Shown here in pieces: positions 16,591-18,211 of a stretch of 18,211 bases of DNA. The translations under genes and the position numbers were made by a program. Source of the stretch: Promethearchaeota archaeon (GTDB lineage Archaea; Asgardarchaeota; Lokiarchaeia; Sigyniarchaeales; SOKP01); the NCBI GenBank assembly GCA_048940645.1, contig JBHLOI010000065.1, forward strand, positions 1 to 18,211, given 5' to 3'. Position 1 is the stretch's first letter, and each line of letters starts with the position of its first letter. Under the pieces are notes generated by a model. That model was given only the letters and a program-made list of their open reading frames with translations, made no database searches and was not told where the DNA came from.

Positions 16591-17883
16591 ATGGAAACTA
16601 AAAAAAAGATTTTTACTCGCTTTTTAATTATACAAGTTCTACTTATCGGAGTTTTATGGGCTGCTGATCGCATTTTTTTCTTTTTTGAGTCAGAATTTTT
16701 TAATACTTATTTAGATCACGTTTTAAATTTACCTAATGTCGATCTTTATATCGGTATAATGGTTGCTCTCTCAGCGGCAATGGGATTAATAATGAATTTT
16801 GTATGGGGTGTCCTTAGTGACAATACTCGAACAAAATGGGGAAAGAGACGACCCTATTTTCTTTTTGGGATTGTTGCTGGAATTGGGATGATTTTATATG
16901 GCTTATCCAATAATTATATTATATGTGTAGTTATAGATGTAATCTTGATTGGAGCAACTTCAAATGCAGTATCTGTTTCTCAGCGAGCTATAATACCTGA
17001 TACAGTAGATTTAGAACGTAGAGGAAGGGCAAATGGTATAATACAAGCAATATCGTATTTGGGATTAATAGTTGCACTTGGTTTTTTTCTAATGGGTAAT
17101 GAGCTATTCGGAGAACCAGCACCTTTACCTAAAACAGGAATTATCATTGGGCAAGAAGGTCATTTTATACTTCTTTCTCTTGGAGGAATTATTTATATTG
17201 TATGTTGTATTATCGGATTTCTATTTATTAGAGAAAAATCTATTTCAGAATTACCCCCAAAAAGGAAATTTATAGACGAATTAAAAGAGTTAGTCGATAT
17301 TAGTCAATTAAAAGAACAAAAGAATTTCTTTAAAATTTTACTGGCAGCAACGGTTTTTACTGCGGGGATCTATTCAGTATTGCCCTTTTTTTTCGCATAT
17401 ATTTTTAATTTAGGATTCAATACTACAGAGTTGTTAATTGCAGTCGCTGTTGGATTTGGCGTTTTAATTCCAGCAGTCCTCTTTCTAGGTAGACTTGCTG
17501 ATAGATTTGGACGCAAACGGTTTCTTCCTATTTTAATCGTTATTGTGAGTATAACTTATGCTTGTATGATTTTTGTAACTGTGGGAACAGAAGTAAATTA
17601 CATTTTATTTGTAGTATTACTTCCATTCATATTAATTGGATTATTAGGATTAGATACAATCATAAATGCATGGGCACAAGATACTCTACCAGAAGATAAA
17701 CGAGGAAAGTTTTATGGGATTTTTAATATTGTGTACACCGTTTCTCAAATAATTGGGTCATTGCTCGCGGGGACATTCTCGGTCTTATTTGGTCGACCCG
17801 TAATATTTATTGTAGGAGCTATATTATTCTTAATCTCAATTCCATTTTTCCTATATGTTAAGGAAACTCTAAAAAAGAAATAA
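16591..17883 (+). CDS. MFS transporter, GPH/sugar-glycoside type
   Basis: About 12 hydrophobic segments; GVLSDNTRTKWGKRRPY and GRLADRFGRKR MFS motif A repeats. Confidence 0.92.
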   Translation: METKKKIFTRFLIIQVLLIGVLWAADRIFFFFESEFFNTYLDHVLNLPNVDLYIGIMVALSAAMGLIMNFVWGVLSDNTRTKWGKRRPYFLFGIVAGIGMILYGLSNNYIICVVIDVILIGATSNAVSVSQRAIIPDTVDLERRGRANGIIQAISYLGLIVALGFFLMGNELFGEPAPLPKTGIIIGQEGHFILLSLGGIIYIVCCIIGFLFIREKSISELPPKRKFIDELKELVDISQLKEQKNFFKILLAATVFTAGIYSVLPFFFAYIFNLGFNTTELLIAVAVGFGVLIPAVLFLGRLADRFGRKRFLPILIVIVSITYACMIFVTVGTEVNYILFVVLLPFILIGLLGLDTIINAWAQDTLPEDKRGKFYGIFNIVYTVSQIIGSLLAGTFSVLFGRPVIFIVGAILFLISIPFFLYVKETLKKK

Positions 17884-17884
17884 C

Positions 17885-17900
17885 TTATTTTTTTTTTATT
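17885..17900 (+). terminator. Archaeal oligo-T terminator after the MFS gene
   Basis: Long T run immediately after the TAA stop. Confidence 0.55.
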
Positions 17901-18176
17901 TGAAAATTGGTAAATCAAGAAATTTTCATTATTTTCTTTGAGGCTCCACTATCATTTTTATCTATTTTTCTCGATCATAGTACTCCTTAATAGATTTATT
18001 GCAGATGTTATAAAACATTCTTAATTATAATAATTTTGATCTAACAATAAATTCCAGAAAATAATCTAATTCAAAATCAATACTTATGATGGTTTCAATA
18101 TTCCAACATATAGGTATTAAATCTTTACGGTATTTTAAAATCATTTAAATATTATCATTTTATTATAGAAAATATA

Positions 18177-18211
18177 ATGGCGAAAAATATCAACGTTGCT
18201 ATCATTGGAGT
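18177..18211 (+). CDS. 3'-truncated Rossmann-fold enzyme start, probably myo-inositol-1-phosphate synthase
   Basis: ATG at 18177 gives MAKNINVAIIGV, matching the beta1 of NAD-binding folds and the VAI(I/V)GVGN start of prokaryotic MIPS. Only 12 codons are visible. Confidence 0.5.
   Translation, partial: MAKNINVAIIG

Overview
Very AT-rich archaeal chromosomal window, most likely Asgard (Lokiarchaeia/Promethearchaeota). That call is inferred from an archaeal tRNA-Gln with an A1-U72 pair, aCPSF1/FttA, a diphthamide-less EF-2 paralog, an ITPK1-like ATP-grasp kinase and a eukaryote-like winged-helix protein. It holds 14 complete CDSs, 2 edge-truncated CDSs and 2 tRNAs: Gly-CCC, and Gln-CTG with a 31-nt intron at a non-canonical variable-loop position. 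Highlights: (1) a 788-aa protein joining nested Zn fingers, five tandem winged helices that read like a natural DDRGK1-UFL1 (UFM1 E3 ligase) fusion, and a coat-appendage-like C-terminus; (2) an unannotated box C/D sRNA between purN and the EF-2 paralog whose D guide predicts 2'-O-methylation of wobble C34 of tRNA-Leu(CAA); (3) an ITPK1-like kinase next to a sugar-type MFS transporter and a probable myo-inositol-1-phosphate synthase start, a candidate inositol-phosphate cluster; (4) an unexplained ~125-nt structured element between the dGTPase and tRNA-Gln. All homology calls come from motif recognition by eye; no searches were run.
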